Positions 1-9,176 of a stretch of 64,000 nucleotides of DNA are shown one piece after another (within the stretch, counting starts at the first letter, position 1; every line of letters begins with the position of its first letter). Position numbers and translations under genes: made by a program. Location of the stretch: NCBI GenBank assembly GCA_947458405.1, contig CANGZW010000008.1:4523-68522 (forward strand), given 5' to 3'. This DNA is from Leptospiraceae bacterium. GTDB lineage: Bacteria > Spirochaetota > Leptospiria > Leptospirales > Leptospiraceae. The notes beneath the pieces were generated by a model, which saw only the letters and a program-made list of their open reading frames with translations, was not told where the DNA came from and searched no databases.

Positions 1-31
1 AGTTTGTATAATTCTGATTGAAAATATTTTT

Positions 32-1543
32 TCAAAGTCGATTCAATGCGTCAATGTATGACAAAGCAGATGCTTCTACAATATCTGTAGAACTACCTTT
101 TCCAACTACTCTTTTACCATCCAATGTAATCGTTACACTTGCCTCAGCAAAAGCATCTGTGCCTTCTGTTACGGGAGATATTACTAATTTATTTAATTCT
201 GGTGAAATTTTTGTAGCTTTTTGAATAGATTTAAATACTGCATCTACAGGTCCATCTCCAGTTGAAGATTCTTCAATGTTTACATCATTAATTAAAATCT
301 TGATAGTGGCAGTGGGCACCGTACTACTTCCGGAAGATACGTGGTAATATTCCAATTTAAATCTGGATTCAGCATTTTTTCTATGTGATTCAGTAAAGAG
401 AGATACCAGGTCTTCATCAAATACTTCTTTTTTCTTATCTGCAATTTCCAAAAATCGTGTATAGGCAGAATCTAATTCTTCCTGCTTTGGCGTAAACCCC
501 AATCGGACAATTCTATCTTTAAAACCGGCCCTCCCGGAATGTCTTCCTAATACCATTCGATTTGAGTCAAGACCGATAGACTCAGGTGTCATAATCTCGT
601 AAGTTTCTCGATTTTTAATGACACCATCCTGATGAATTCCAGATTCGTGTGCAAATGCATTTGTACCAACAATAGCTTTGTTTGGTTGTACTACCATTCC
701 TGTAATACTTTTTACCATATAACTTGCACGACTAATTAATTGAGTATTGATATTAGTTTCAATACCATAAAAGTCTTTTCTTGTTCTAAGAGCCATTACT
801 ACTTCTTCCATTGCAGTATTACCAGCTCTCTCTCCGATTCCATTTATTGTACATTCTACTTGTCTTACACCATTCTTAATTGCCGATAGTGAATTAGCTG
901 TTGCTAATCCTAAATCATTATGACAGTGTGCACTAAAAATAATATTCTCAGCACCTTTTACTTTGGAAATTAAAAAGTGAAATAATTCTCCGTATTTTTC
1001 TGGTGTTGTGTATCCTACAGTATCCGGTACATTTATGGTTGTTGCGCCCGCTTCAATGACTGCTTCACAAATTTCTCTCAAAAATTCCCAGTCCGATCTT
1101 GTACCATCTTCAGGAGAAAATTCCACGTCTTCAACAAACTCTTTTGCAATACGTACTGCTTCAGGAGCCATTTTTAAAACTTCAGAAGCTGTCTTACCTA
1201 ATTTATATTTCATATGAATAGGAGAGGTTGCTAAAAATGTATGTATTCTTTTTTTCTTGGCAGGGATTATTGCTTTTGCAGCTGTCTCTATGTCATTTCT
1301 AGTAGCCCTTGCCAGAGCTGCTATAATTGGACCCTCAACTTCTCTTGCAATTCTTTGTACTGCATTAAATTGAACTGGACTGGATATAGGAAACCCAGCT
1401 TCTATCACATCCACTTTCATTTTTGCTAGATGATGAGCAATTTCTAATTTTTCATCTTCATTCATAGCCGCACCCGGACATTGCTCTCCATCACGAAGAG
1501 TTGTGTCGAAAATTCTAACTTTTGACTTATCGATAGGTTCCAT
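32..1543 (-). CDS. leuA: 2-isopropylmalate synthase / citramalate synthase family (LeuA/CimA)
   Basis: 503-aa ORF with N-terminal motif RIFDTTLRDGEQ and metal site SAHCHNDLGLATAN. Its length fits a C-terminal LeuA-type regulatory domain. LeuA versus CimA cannot be separated by eye. Confidence 0.85.
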   Translation of the reverse strand: MEPIDKSKVRIFDTTLRDGEQCPGAAMNEDEKLEIAHHLAKMKVDVIEAGFPISSPVQFNAVQRIAREVEGPIIAALARATRNDIETAAKAIIPAKKKRIHTFLATSPIHMKYKLGKTASEVLKMAPEAVRIAKEFVEDVEFSPEDGTRSDWEFLREICEAVIEAGATTINVPDTVGYTTPEKYGELFHFLISKVKGAENIIFSAHCHNDLGLATANSLSAIKNGVRQVECTINGIGERAGNTAMEEVVMALRTRKDFYGIETNINTQLISRASYMVKSITGMVVQPNKAIVGTNAFAHESGIHQDGVIKNRETYEIMTPESIGLDSNRMVLGRHSGRAGFKDRIVRLGFTPKQEELDSAYTRFLEIADKKKEVFDEDLVSLFTESHRKNAESRFKLEYYHVSSGSSTVPTATIKILINDVNIEESSTGDGPVDAVFKSIQKATKISPELNKLVISPVTEGTDAFAEASVTITLDGKRVVGKGSSTDIVEASALSYIDALNRL

Positions 1544-1556
1544 TTACCCTCCTAGA

Positions 1557-3182
1557 TTAACTTCTAATATGCTTTTCAAGTGAGGAAACTAACTTTTCTG
1601 CTTCTAAAATTTCTGACTTTTTATTTGCGGATGTCCATTTTAATTCTCTGGATAATATTTCAGCAATTGGTTCAATTAATTTTTTACTCAATTCCAAATC
1701 TATAAACTGAACTCTAAATCTGCGAGCTAAAATATCAACGATTGAAAGAGCAAACTCATTTTTAATAAAATGTATTACTTCTTCTTCAAAATATCCCGTA
1801 TCTTTTTTTAACTCTTTTGGGTTTGCTCCTAAAATATCATATACTTCAGAACCATAATAATTTCGTAGTCTTTTTGCCATTTCTATATTTATTTTATAAG
1901 TCTGGGTCAAATTTAAATATAAATTTTCTGTATAATCTTTTTTACCGGGAAAGTCATAGTCGTACGTATTACATTTTTTAGATGGACTTAATTTTCCTTC
2001 ATGAATAACCCTATCAATTAAATCCTCTGACATTTTTCTATATGTTGACCATTTTCCTCCACTCATCGTAATAAGTCCACTATCCGAAACAAGTATTACT
2101 TCTTCTCTTGAAATACTCTTTGTATCCGTATTACCATCTGGAGAAATAAGGGGTCTCAGTCCAGCAAAAACCGATGTAGCATCTTCTTTGGTTAATTTTA
2201 TATCTAAATAGTCATTGACTGTTTCGAGTAAAAATTGTATTTCATTTCCTAGTGGTAATGGTTCATCCTCAATCTTATTGATAGCAGTATCTGTTGTCCC
2301 CACTACAACAAAGTCTTCCCAAGGTATTACAAATACTACTCTGCCGTCTTTAGTTTTTGGAATTATCATAGCAGACAGGCAGGGAATTTTATCTTTTGGG
2401 AAAACCAGGTGAATTCCCTGACTGGGAGAAAGCACATTTTTACAATTTGGGTCATCAAGTTTTCTGATTTCATCAATATGCACACCGGTAGCATTCACGA
2501 AAACTTTTGCTTTAATTGTAAATTCTTTACCTGTTAGTCTATCTTTAACCAATGCAGAGCTTAATTTATTATTTTCTTTTTGAAAACTAATGACTTCCAA
2601 TCGACTAAGTACTACCGCACCTTCATTTGATGCACTTCTAGCTATTAATACATTCAATCGGGAATCATTAAACTGAGAATCGTAATAGGTAATTGCACCT
2701 TTTAGCTTATCCTTACGAATAGAAGCAAACTCAGAAATAGTTTCAGTTTTTGAAATTGATTTATGCCCTGGCAATCCACTGTCACCTGCTAAAATATCAT
2801 AAAGAGTAAGTCCTATCGAATAGTATGGTCTTTCATAAAGCTTATAACAGGGTAATACAAATTTTAAAGGTTTTACTAAATGAGGAGCATTTGTGAGTAG
2901 TCTCTTTCTCTCCTGAAGTGCTTCTCTTATTAATCCAAAGTGGAATTGAGAAAGATACCTAACACCTCCATGAATTAATTTGGTTGATCGGGAGCTAGTT
3001 CCAGATGCGAAGTCATTTTTTTCAAGTAAAGCAACTTTTAATCCCCTGAGTACCGCATCAAGTGCAGAACCACTCCCGGTTGCTCCCCCTCCAATAATTA
3101 TACAGTCAAAAGATGTTGATTTTAGGCTTTCTAATTCTTCTTCTCTAGTTTTTCTATTTATCAATCTAAACTCCCGAACCAC
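1557..3182 (-). CDS. glpD: FAD-dependent glycerol-3-phosphate dehydrogenase
   Basis: 541-aa ORF with FAD fold CIIIGGGATGSGSALDA and GTSSRSTKLIHGGVRYL. Start is uncertain: GTG at 3182, or TTG at 3164 preceded by GGGAG. Stop lies 13 nt from the leuA start, with GGAGGG between them. Confidence 0.85.
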   Translation of the reverse strand: MVREFRLINRKTREEELESLKSTSFDCIIIGGGATGSGSALDAVLRGLKVALLEKNDFASGTSSRSTKLIHGGVRYLSQFHFGLIREALQERKRLLTNAPHLVKPLKFVLPCYKLYERPYYSIGLTLYDILAGDSGLPGHKSISKTETISEFASIRKDKLKGAITYYDSQFNDSRLNVLIARSASNEGAVVLSRLEVISFQKENNKLSSALVKDRLTGKEFTIKAKVFVNATGVHIDEIRKLDDPNCKNVLSPSQGIHLVFPKDKIPCLSAMIIPKTKDGRVVFVIPWEDFVVVGTTDTAINKIEDEPLPLGNEIQFLLETVNDYLDIKLTKEDATSVFAGLRPLISPDGNTDTKSISREEVILVSDSGLITMSGGKWSTYRKMSEDLIDRVIHEGKLSPSKKCNTYDYDFPGKKDYTENLYLNLTQTYKINIEMAKRLRNYYGSEVYDILGANPKELKKDTGYFEEEVIHFIKNEFALSIVDILARRFRVQFIDLELSKKLIEPIAEILSRELKWTSANKKSEILEAEKLVSSLEKHIRS

Positions 3183-3279
3183 AGGAAGAAAATCTTCTAG
3201 GATTCAATTTCTAAGTACACAATCCTAGAATTTGGGAATTTTTTCTATAATAATTTAATTTAAGGTGTAAAGATTAATG

Positions 3280-3627
3280 TTATCCATGAGTGCTTCGTGT
3301 AGAGGCAACCAAAGCGAGTATACTTTCTATATCATCACTCTCGATATTGGCAGATATAAGGGTATCTTCCAACACTTCTGCCACTTCTAGAAAATTTTCA
3401 TCCTTAATAGGTAAACGTGGAATAGAAGTACCATATTTGCTAGGATCAAACTTTGGACCACCCATTAGTTGAGTGAAGAGATTTATTTGAAAATCAATCA
3501 GTTCGTTCACTTTCACCCCTTCAAAAAAAGGCTTCAGAGTAGGAGATTTTTGTAACCTAGCATAAAAATCATTTACTACTGTTTTAATAGTAGGTTCTCC
3601 ACCATATTTTTCGTATAATGTGTTCAT
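3280..3627 (-). CDS. Truncated (2-on-2) haemoglobin-like protein, non-canonical (no proximal His)
   Basis: 115 aa. Shows family hallmarks YEKYGGEP, NDFYARL (Phe-Tyr B9-B10) and LMGGPKFD. The only His is residue 114, so the F8 ligand is missing. Confidence 0.7.
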   Translation of the reverse strand: MNTLYEKYGGEPTIKTVVNDFYARLQKSPTLKPFFEGVKVNELIDFQINLFTQLMGGPKFDPSKYGTSIPRLPIKDENFLEVAEVLEDTLISANIESDDIESILALVASTRSTHG

Positions 3628-3763
3628 AAATTACCCTTAGTATCTTGAAGCCATAATTATTCTGATAATGATTGTATCTACCTGAGTTCTTTTATAAAAC
3701 TCAAGTAAATATTGAAATAAAAACCATTATTTGCTAACCAAATAATATTTTGTGAATTGACTG

Positions 3764-5398
3764 TCAAGAATCTCCTTTCAATTGAGCACGAAGAACTTTT
3801 TTATCAAATTTTCCTACACTAGTTTTAGGTATTGCAGTCACAACATGTATATCAGACTCTTTAGGAATTTGCCATTTTACAAACTTTTCACTTAAGAAAT
3901 GAATTAATGTATGTTTGTTGAAATTTTCGGTATGACCTTCCTTGGGAACTAAAAATACTACGACTGCTTCCCCCCTCACATCATCCTGCCTTCCGACAAC
4001 AGTTGCTTCCATAATTGATTCATGGCTCATTAAGAAATTCTCCATTTCAACACTTGACAACCACTCTCCTCTGGTTTTAATTAAGTCCTTCTTTCTGTCT
4101 GTAATCTCCAAATAGCCCATTTTATCAATAGATGCAATATCCCCGGTCTTAAACCATCCGTCCAAAGTAAATGCAGACTTTGCATCTTCTGAATCGGTTT
4201 TATAGTATTCCTTAATAATCCAGGGACCCCTGACCAAAAGTTCACCATTAGATACTCCATCCTTAGGAAGCGTTTTTCCCTCATCATCTACAATTTTCAT
4301 TTCAACCATAGGAACTCCCAGCCCTTGCTTAGCCATATACTTATATTTGACTGAATTATCCTGAGACTTAATTTCTGGTATTAAATTACACACGGTACCT
4401 AGGGGTGACATCTCTGTCATACCCCATGCATGAATGATTTTTACACCAAAATCTTTATCGAAATTTTCAATCATTGCTCTTGGTGCTGCAGATCCACCCA
4501 CAACCAATCCCCGTAGGCTACTTACGTCATAATGATTTTTCTTTAAGAATTGATAAAGAGGGTTCCAAATGGAAGGGACTCCAGCGGCAAGTGTTACTTT
4601 TTCATTTTGAATTAATTCAGCCAAAGGCTTGCCAATTAAATGGGCACCAGGAAATACAGGTTTCGAGCCCGTTAGGCAACAGGCGTATGGGATACCCCAA
4701 CAATTTACATGAAACATTGGTACTACAGGAAGAATTATATCATTCACACTTAAGGCTAATGTATCTGCCAAACAAATACCAAGAGAGTGCAAATAAGTTG
4801 ATCTATGAGAGTAGAGGGCTCCCTTAGGGTCACCTGTAGTACCAGATGTATAACAGAGAGCCGCGGCCTGGTTTTCATCTAATAATGGAAAATCTTCTTT
4901 AAATTCAGCTTTTGATAGTAATTCTTCATACATTACCGTATTTTTTAAACCGGGATCAACCGGAGCTCCATCTTCCATGACAATAAATTTCTTTACAGTT
5001 TTAAACTCATCCTGCAGTGGAGTAAGTAGCTTTGTAAGACTAGCATCTACAAAAATAAATTGATCCTCTGCGTGATTTACTATAAATTTTAATTGTTCAG
5101 GAAAAAGTCTAATATTTAAGGTATGTAGTACGGAACCTATACAGGGTATTGCAAAATAAAGCTCCAAGTGTCTATAAGAATTCCATGCAAAAGTTCCCAC
5201 CCTTTCATTTTTTTTGACTCCTAAAGTTCTTAATACATTCATAAGTTTTACAGTTCTTTCATAAAAATTAATAAATTTGTACCTATGTATACTTTCATCT
5301 GCCATTCTGCTGATTATTTCCTGATAAGGAAAATTATCTCTTGCCCTAAAAAGTATTTTCTCTATTGTAAGAGAATAATCCATCATCAATCCCTGCAT
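3764..5398 (-). CDS. Long/medium-chain fatty-acid--CoA ligase (AMP-binding family)
   Basis: AMP-binding motifs YTSGTTGDPKG and GWFKTGD, with a C-terminal PKTSVGKFDKK. The ORF runs to 5479, but the ATG at 5398 (MQGLMMDY) is preceded by GAGGAA, so it is preferred. Confidence 0.85.
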   Translation of the reverse strand: MQGLMMDYSLTIEKILFRARDNFPYQEIISRMADESIHRYKFINFYERTVKLMNVLRTLGVKKNERVGTFAWNSYRHLELYFAIPCIGSVLHTLNIRLFPEQLKFIVNHAEDQFIFVDASLTKLLTPLQDEFKTVKKFIVMEDGAPVDPGLKNTVMYEELLSKAEFKEDFPLLDENQAAALCYTSGTTGDPKGALYSHRSTYLHSLGICLADTLALSVNDIILPVVPMFHVNCWGIPYACCLTGSKPVFPGAHLIGKPLAELIQNEKVTLAAGVPSIWNPLYQFLKKNHYDVSSLRGLVVGGSAAPRAMIENFDKDFGVKIIHAWGMTEMSPLGTVCNLIPEIKSQDNSVKYKYMAKQGLGVPMVEMKIVDDEGKTLPKDGVSNGELLVRGPWIIKEYYKTDSEDAKSAFTLDGWFKTGDIASIDKMGYLEITDRKKDLIKTRGEWLSSVEMENFLMSHESIMEATVVGRQDDVRGEAVVVFLVPKEGHTENFNKHTLIHFLSEKFVKWQIPKESDIHVVTAIPKTSVGKFDKKVLRAQLKGDS

Positions 5399-5583
5399 TT
5401 TGCTTTCCTCTCTGTGTGGTTTTGCTTGTTTATAATATAGTCTAAATTCAAAAAGCAAGAGTTTTTTATAACACTTCAATAATAAATTATTTGAACATAT
5501 TCAAACCTTTTCTTTATAATAATTATATTTTTTTTGATTCAATTGACTATCCACCAGTCTAAAATATTGTGACAAATCCCTAA

Positions 5584-5591
5584 GGGGGGGG
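5584..5591. repeat. G8 homopolymer in divergent intergenic region
   Basis: Read directly as taaGGGGGGGGcaaatg. It is the longest G/C run I found in the window. Confidence 0.95.
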
Positions 5592-5762
5592 CAAATGAAA
5601 ATAAACAAATGAATTCATCAAAACCTTTATTGATATAAAAGTTAAAAACAAGGTTGAAATAGAAATTTCTTATATTTTTAAATACGTTTTTATAAAAGGT
5701 TTATTTAAATAAGAAATATTGTATGTAATTATTTTTATAGAATTCTTGAGGAGGAATTAACT

Positions 5763-6485
5763 ATGATTATATCTAATATAAATAAAAAGTATTTCGCAGA
5801 ATTAGAAGTTGCTAAAAAATCAGAAATTTGTAATTTATATGCCTTAGATAGGGATCTTAGAAAAACCCTAGTAAAAAAGGTAAAATTACAAGATAACGCC
5901 AACATTAGAAATTTCTGGAAATTAACAGAAAGTATATTAATATCTAGTTTAATTTCCGATTCCTTGAAATTACTAAGCCTTAATTCTTTAACATCGCCTG
6001 GAATAGATTTTTATGATTTTTACCATGAGCTTTTAACAGATACAGCCTCTGTTGCAATCACAAATGTCAAATTATTGGGGCTTATAGATTCAGAGAAAGA
6101 TTCTTCAAATTATGAAAGTTTTTTGGGAGGAATTTATAAAAATATAAAAATAAAGATTTATAATAAATATGAAAAAATTTCCAAATATAAATACAATGAG
6201 ATTTTGTACAACTATTCAGATTTAGCTTTTCAGGAATTGATTCAAAGAAACAAAGAATCCCAAGAGATAAAAATAGAGTCCAATTTAAATGAACTTTCCA
6301 ACTTTGTGGATGAAGTTATTAAAAATATGATAAATCAAAATAGAAAAGATGTTATGATTTTATGGTGGGAGAAAAAAATGAATCTCTCAAAAATTTGTGA
6401 GATATTAAATCTAAATTACAATACAGTTGTAGGCCATATTCATAGAGGAAAAAGAGAGATTAGAGAAAAATATAAAAATATTTAA
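5763..6485 (+). CDS. Divergent sigma-70/ECF-like protein (region 2-like and region 4 HTH)
   Basis: 240 aa with strong RBS GAGGAGG upstream. The C-terminus RKDVMILWWEKKMNLSKICEILNLNYNTVVGHIHRGKREIREKY resembles sigma region 4. NYESFLGGIYKNIKIKIYNKYEK resembles region 2. There is an N-terminal extension of about 80 aa. Confidence 0.45.
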   Translation: MIISNINKKYFAELEVAKKSEICNLYALDRDLRKTLVKKVKLQDNANIRNFWKLTESILISSLISDSLKLLSLNSLTSPGIDFYDFYHELLTDTASVAITNVKLLGLIDSEKDSSNYESFLGGIYKNIKIKIYNKYEKISKYKYNEILYNYSDLAFQELIQRNKESQEIKIESNLNELSNFVDEVIKNMINQNRKDVMILWWEKKMNLSKICEILNLNYNTVVGHIHRGKREIREKYKNI

Positions 6486-6511
6486 TATCATAAAATTTAA
6501 TATTTTTTTTT

Positions 6512-6557
6512 AAATAATCCATAATTGAAACATAAATTCAATTATGGATTATTTTTT
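6512..6557 (+). terminator. Rho-independent terminator after the sigma-like gene
   Basis: Perfect 18-bp stem AAATAATCCATAATTGAA / TTCAATTATGGATTATTT (6512-6529 and 6537-6554), a 7-nt loop, then a T run. Confidence 0.75.
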
Positions 6558-6965
6558 GTTACTATATAGAATATATTTTGAGAGAAACTAAAGGCAAAAG
6601 GGAAAAAAAAATTAAAGTACATAGAACCCAAAAATAGTATCAGCAACCAAATTTATTTACTGGTAATTTAAAATATAAATGAAATACTACTTCTTAATAA
6701 TATTTATCTAATTTAATTGATATTCGTAGAAGATTTTCCAGGATATTATAAAGTATTTTACAAACTTTAATAAATAAGAATTTTTAAATATAATTTAATG
6801 GATAATATCTGTCATACAATTTCTGAAATTTGTTATTTTTAGAAGAAGTCATTCTATTTTTAAAGGTTTATCTATTAAATTTAGCATATCTATATATGAA
6901 TTCAGTTCGAGTACAACAATACATCACTTAATTTATGAACTTATCTAAGATACAATTATGATGGA

Positions 6966-7163
6966 TTGTTAATTAAATCTAAAATAAATTTACTAAAAGA
7001 TAAACAAATAAAAAAAATACTTGAATTATGGTTTGATGGGTATAGTATTATAAAAATAGAAGATTATTTTAATCTCAGTTCAGAACTAGCATCTATGTAT
7101 AAATCAAGAGAATTATCAATTCTTAAAGTATTTTTTTTATTACATATTTCCAGGGAGACTTAA
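6966..7163 (+). CDS. Small stand-alone LuxR/GerE or sigma region-4-like HTH protein
   Basis: 65 aa with a TTG start. LKDKQIKKILELWFDGYSIIKIEDYFNLSSELASMYKSRELSILK matches the LuxR-type HTH pattern. The RBS is weak, so the start is uncertain. Confidence 0.4.
   Translation: MLIKSKINLLKDKQIKKILELWFDGYSIIKIEDYFNLSSELASMYKSRELSILKVFFLLHISRET
7131..7138 (+). repeat. T8 run forming a T TTT TTA heptamer in the zero frame of the 65-aa ORF
   Basis: Zero-frame codons are gta ttt ttt tta. The -1 frame is open from 7127 straight into the 7166 ORF. Confidence 0.9.
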
Positions 7164-7165
7164 TT

Positions 7166-7729
7166 TTGGATACCAAGAAGAACAAAAGTAAAGGAGCCAT
7201 TCAATATGGATTTCAAAAAAATGTATCTTCTTCTTTAGAAAAATTTCTTAAAAATCAAAAAAGAGATTTATCAAATTTAAATAATGATCTATCGTTAGAC
7301 AATATAACCAATAAAATCTCCAGTGAATTTTCAAAAAAGTACAAACAAATTTATAGTCTATACCTAAATTCTTCCAATTTGGAATTAACTAGTAGTTATG
7401 ATAGTAGCGAGAAACAGTTTCCCAGAAAATCATTGATTACTTCATCATTTAATTACAAGGACTTCTTCAAAATTGATTTTACATGGGATTGCACTCTAGA
7501 AGAATATACAATTCCATTTTCCTACACTATCATTCCAGCTAAGAAAGATTTAAGTTGGAATTTTAGAAAACAAGAAGAAGATCTTTCCGAAAAATTTATC
7601 TCCATTACCCTCTCACCCATTCTTAAATCTTTAAATTGGAATGAAGATTATTGTTTAGATATTCTTGATAAAAATGAAAATTTAATTACAATTTGGATTT
7701 GTTTGAGAAATTACGATCTTATTCCCTGA
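7166..7729 (+). CDS. Hypothetical protein
   Basis: 187-aa ORF. TTG start is preceded by GGGAGA at 7153-7158 and lies 2 nt after the stop of the HTH ORF. No recognisable motif. Confidence 0.5.
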   Translation: MDTKKNKSKGAIQYGFQKNVSSSLEKFLKNQKRDLSNLNNDLSLDNITNKISSEFSKKYKQIYSLYLNSSNLELTSSYDSSEKQFPRKSLITSSFNYKDFFKIDFTWDCTLEEYTIPFSYTIIPAKKDLSWNFRKQEEDLSEKFISITLSPILKSLNWNEDYCLDILDKNENLITIWICLRNYDLIP

Positions 7730-7810
7730 TATTTTTTATAAATTTAAATAAAGGTTTAATGATTGATTAACTTTATTGCAAATAAATATAGCTAACGATT
7801 TAATTAAAAT

Positions 7811-9085
7811 TTAAGATATTCTTTTTAGTTTTTCTTCCACTTCTTTATTATTTGGAAATTTAGAATTGAGAACAGTCAGGATTTTTTTTGCTTCAAAGTG
7901 ATACCCAACCTCTAAAAAACAAATTGATTTTAAAAAAAGTATCTCTGACATGTTTTTTAAAGAACCGGATCTTTCTAAATATAATAAAAACTTACTATAA
8001 TCCTTTAAATAAAAATACAGTATTGCAATATTTAAATTTGTAAAGTACGAAAAAGAATTTTTTTCATACATTGAAAATACTTTATTTTTATAATTTGTCT
8101 CCATAGCAGGATTTTTTAAAATTTCAATAATCTCGAATGGTGTAAGAAGATAGATAAGCTCATCATTCCCTGGAGTATTAACTTCATTTATAATATTAAA
8201 ATTTGATGCGTTATCCATTTTCTTTCGAATTTTAATATTTTTTCCATTATAATATTTAATTTTACTTATCCATTCTACAATTTCTTTCTTATTATATATT
8301 TTTTTATAAATTTTAAAAATAGTGAAGTAATTTCCAGTTTCTTTGTACGACTCTAAAAATTCTTTTTTTTCTTCTATTGAATATTTTTCAAATTGTGAAA
8401 GGATAACTTCAAAAATGGGATATATATTTCTAATACCTTTATAGGTTTCATTAAATATTTGAAATACAATTCCTAAAAAATTAGGATAATTTCCAGAAAG
8501 AACAGCATCATACAATGTATTTTTCTCAGATTTAGATATTTCTAAAAATTTATACTTATAAATAATATTTATTAGATTCTCTTCATTTCCGGAAAGAATT
8601 ATATTAGGTAGTTTTGTGGAATAGACTCCACCCAAAATTAAAAATATTTCTAATTCCAGGGGAAGACTTACATTGGAGTGATATATTTGAATAAAATTTA
8701 AAGTTTCAGTTATCTTTTTATTCTTCAAAAAAATGTAAATTATCCAAAATAAAACCTCATCATCTTTTTTAAAATTTCGCTCATAATATTTAATAATATC
8801 TTCGATTCTATTGGAAAGGATAGATGTTGACATTGTGTCCATTAAAGGTAGATCTATTCCTGAAGATAAATGTATTTTACCTAAGAGGTCTGTTTCTAAA
8901 AATTCTTCCAGGTAAAATTTAAAGTCCCAAATAGGTTCAAGAGACTGTTGGAGGTTAGATTTGAGTGTAGAAAATTCTTCATCTTTTGTTGATAATTTAG
9001 AGATCTGGGGAGTTTGTGGTGAGGATGGTTCCACACTGGAGACAGGTTCTGCTGATAAGAAAATTTCTTCCCATTCTATAACCAT
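7811..9085 (-). CDS. Hypothetical helical protein (possible TPR-like C-terminus)
   Basis: 424-aa ORF, unlikely to arise by chance in AT-rich DNA. Divergent from slt. No catalytic motif recognised. Confidence 0.55.
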   Translation of the reverse strand: MVIEWEEIFLSAEPVSSVEPSSPQTPQISKLSTKDEEFSTLKSNLQQSLEPIWDFKFYLEEFLETDLLGKIHLSSGIDLPLMDTMSTSILSNRIEDIIKYYERNFKKDDEVLFWIIYIFLKNKKITETLNFIQIYHSNVSLPLELEIFLILGGVYSTKLPNIILSGNEENLINIIYKYKFLEISKSEKNTLYDAVLSGNYPNFLGIVFQIFNETYKGIRNIYPIFEVILSQFEKYSIEEKKEFLESYKETGNYFTIFKIYKKIYNKKEIVEWISKIKYYNGKNIKIRKKMDNASNFNIINEVNTPGNDELIYLLTPFEIIEILKNPAMETNYKNKVFSMYEKNSFSYFTNLNIAILYFYLKDYSKFLLYLERSGSLKNMSEILFLKSICFLEVGYHFEAKKILTVLNSKFPNNKEVEEKLKRIS

Positions 9086-9176
9086 AAAAACTTATTAAAT
9101 TCCTCTCTAAAATGAAAACTATTATACATCAAACAATAGATATTAAATATGAGGTTTATAGGATACAATTTTTTGG

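Noticed and set aside
1544-1556. The glpD-leuA (13-nt gap) and cheR-ddl (4-nt overlap) couplings, considered as functionally meaningful operons.
   Set aside because: The tight spacing is real, but this genome packs unrelated genes tightly throughout. There is no functional inference I can defend.
3183-3279. The inverted repeat CTAGGATT..AATCCTAG between the globin-like gene and glpD, considered as a terminator or operator.
   Set aside because: It has an 8-bp stem with a 16-nt loop and no T tract on the relevant strand. It cannot be distinguished from chance.
5491-5504. The palindrome TTGAACATATTCAA upstream of the acyl-CoA ligase, considered as a FadR/TetR-type operator.
   Set aside because: There are only 5-bp arms in very AT-rich DNA, so chance occurrence is likely. 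There is no adjacent regulator gene to tie it to.
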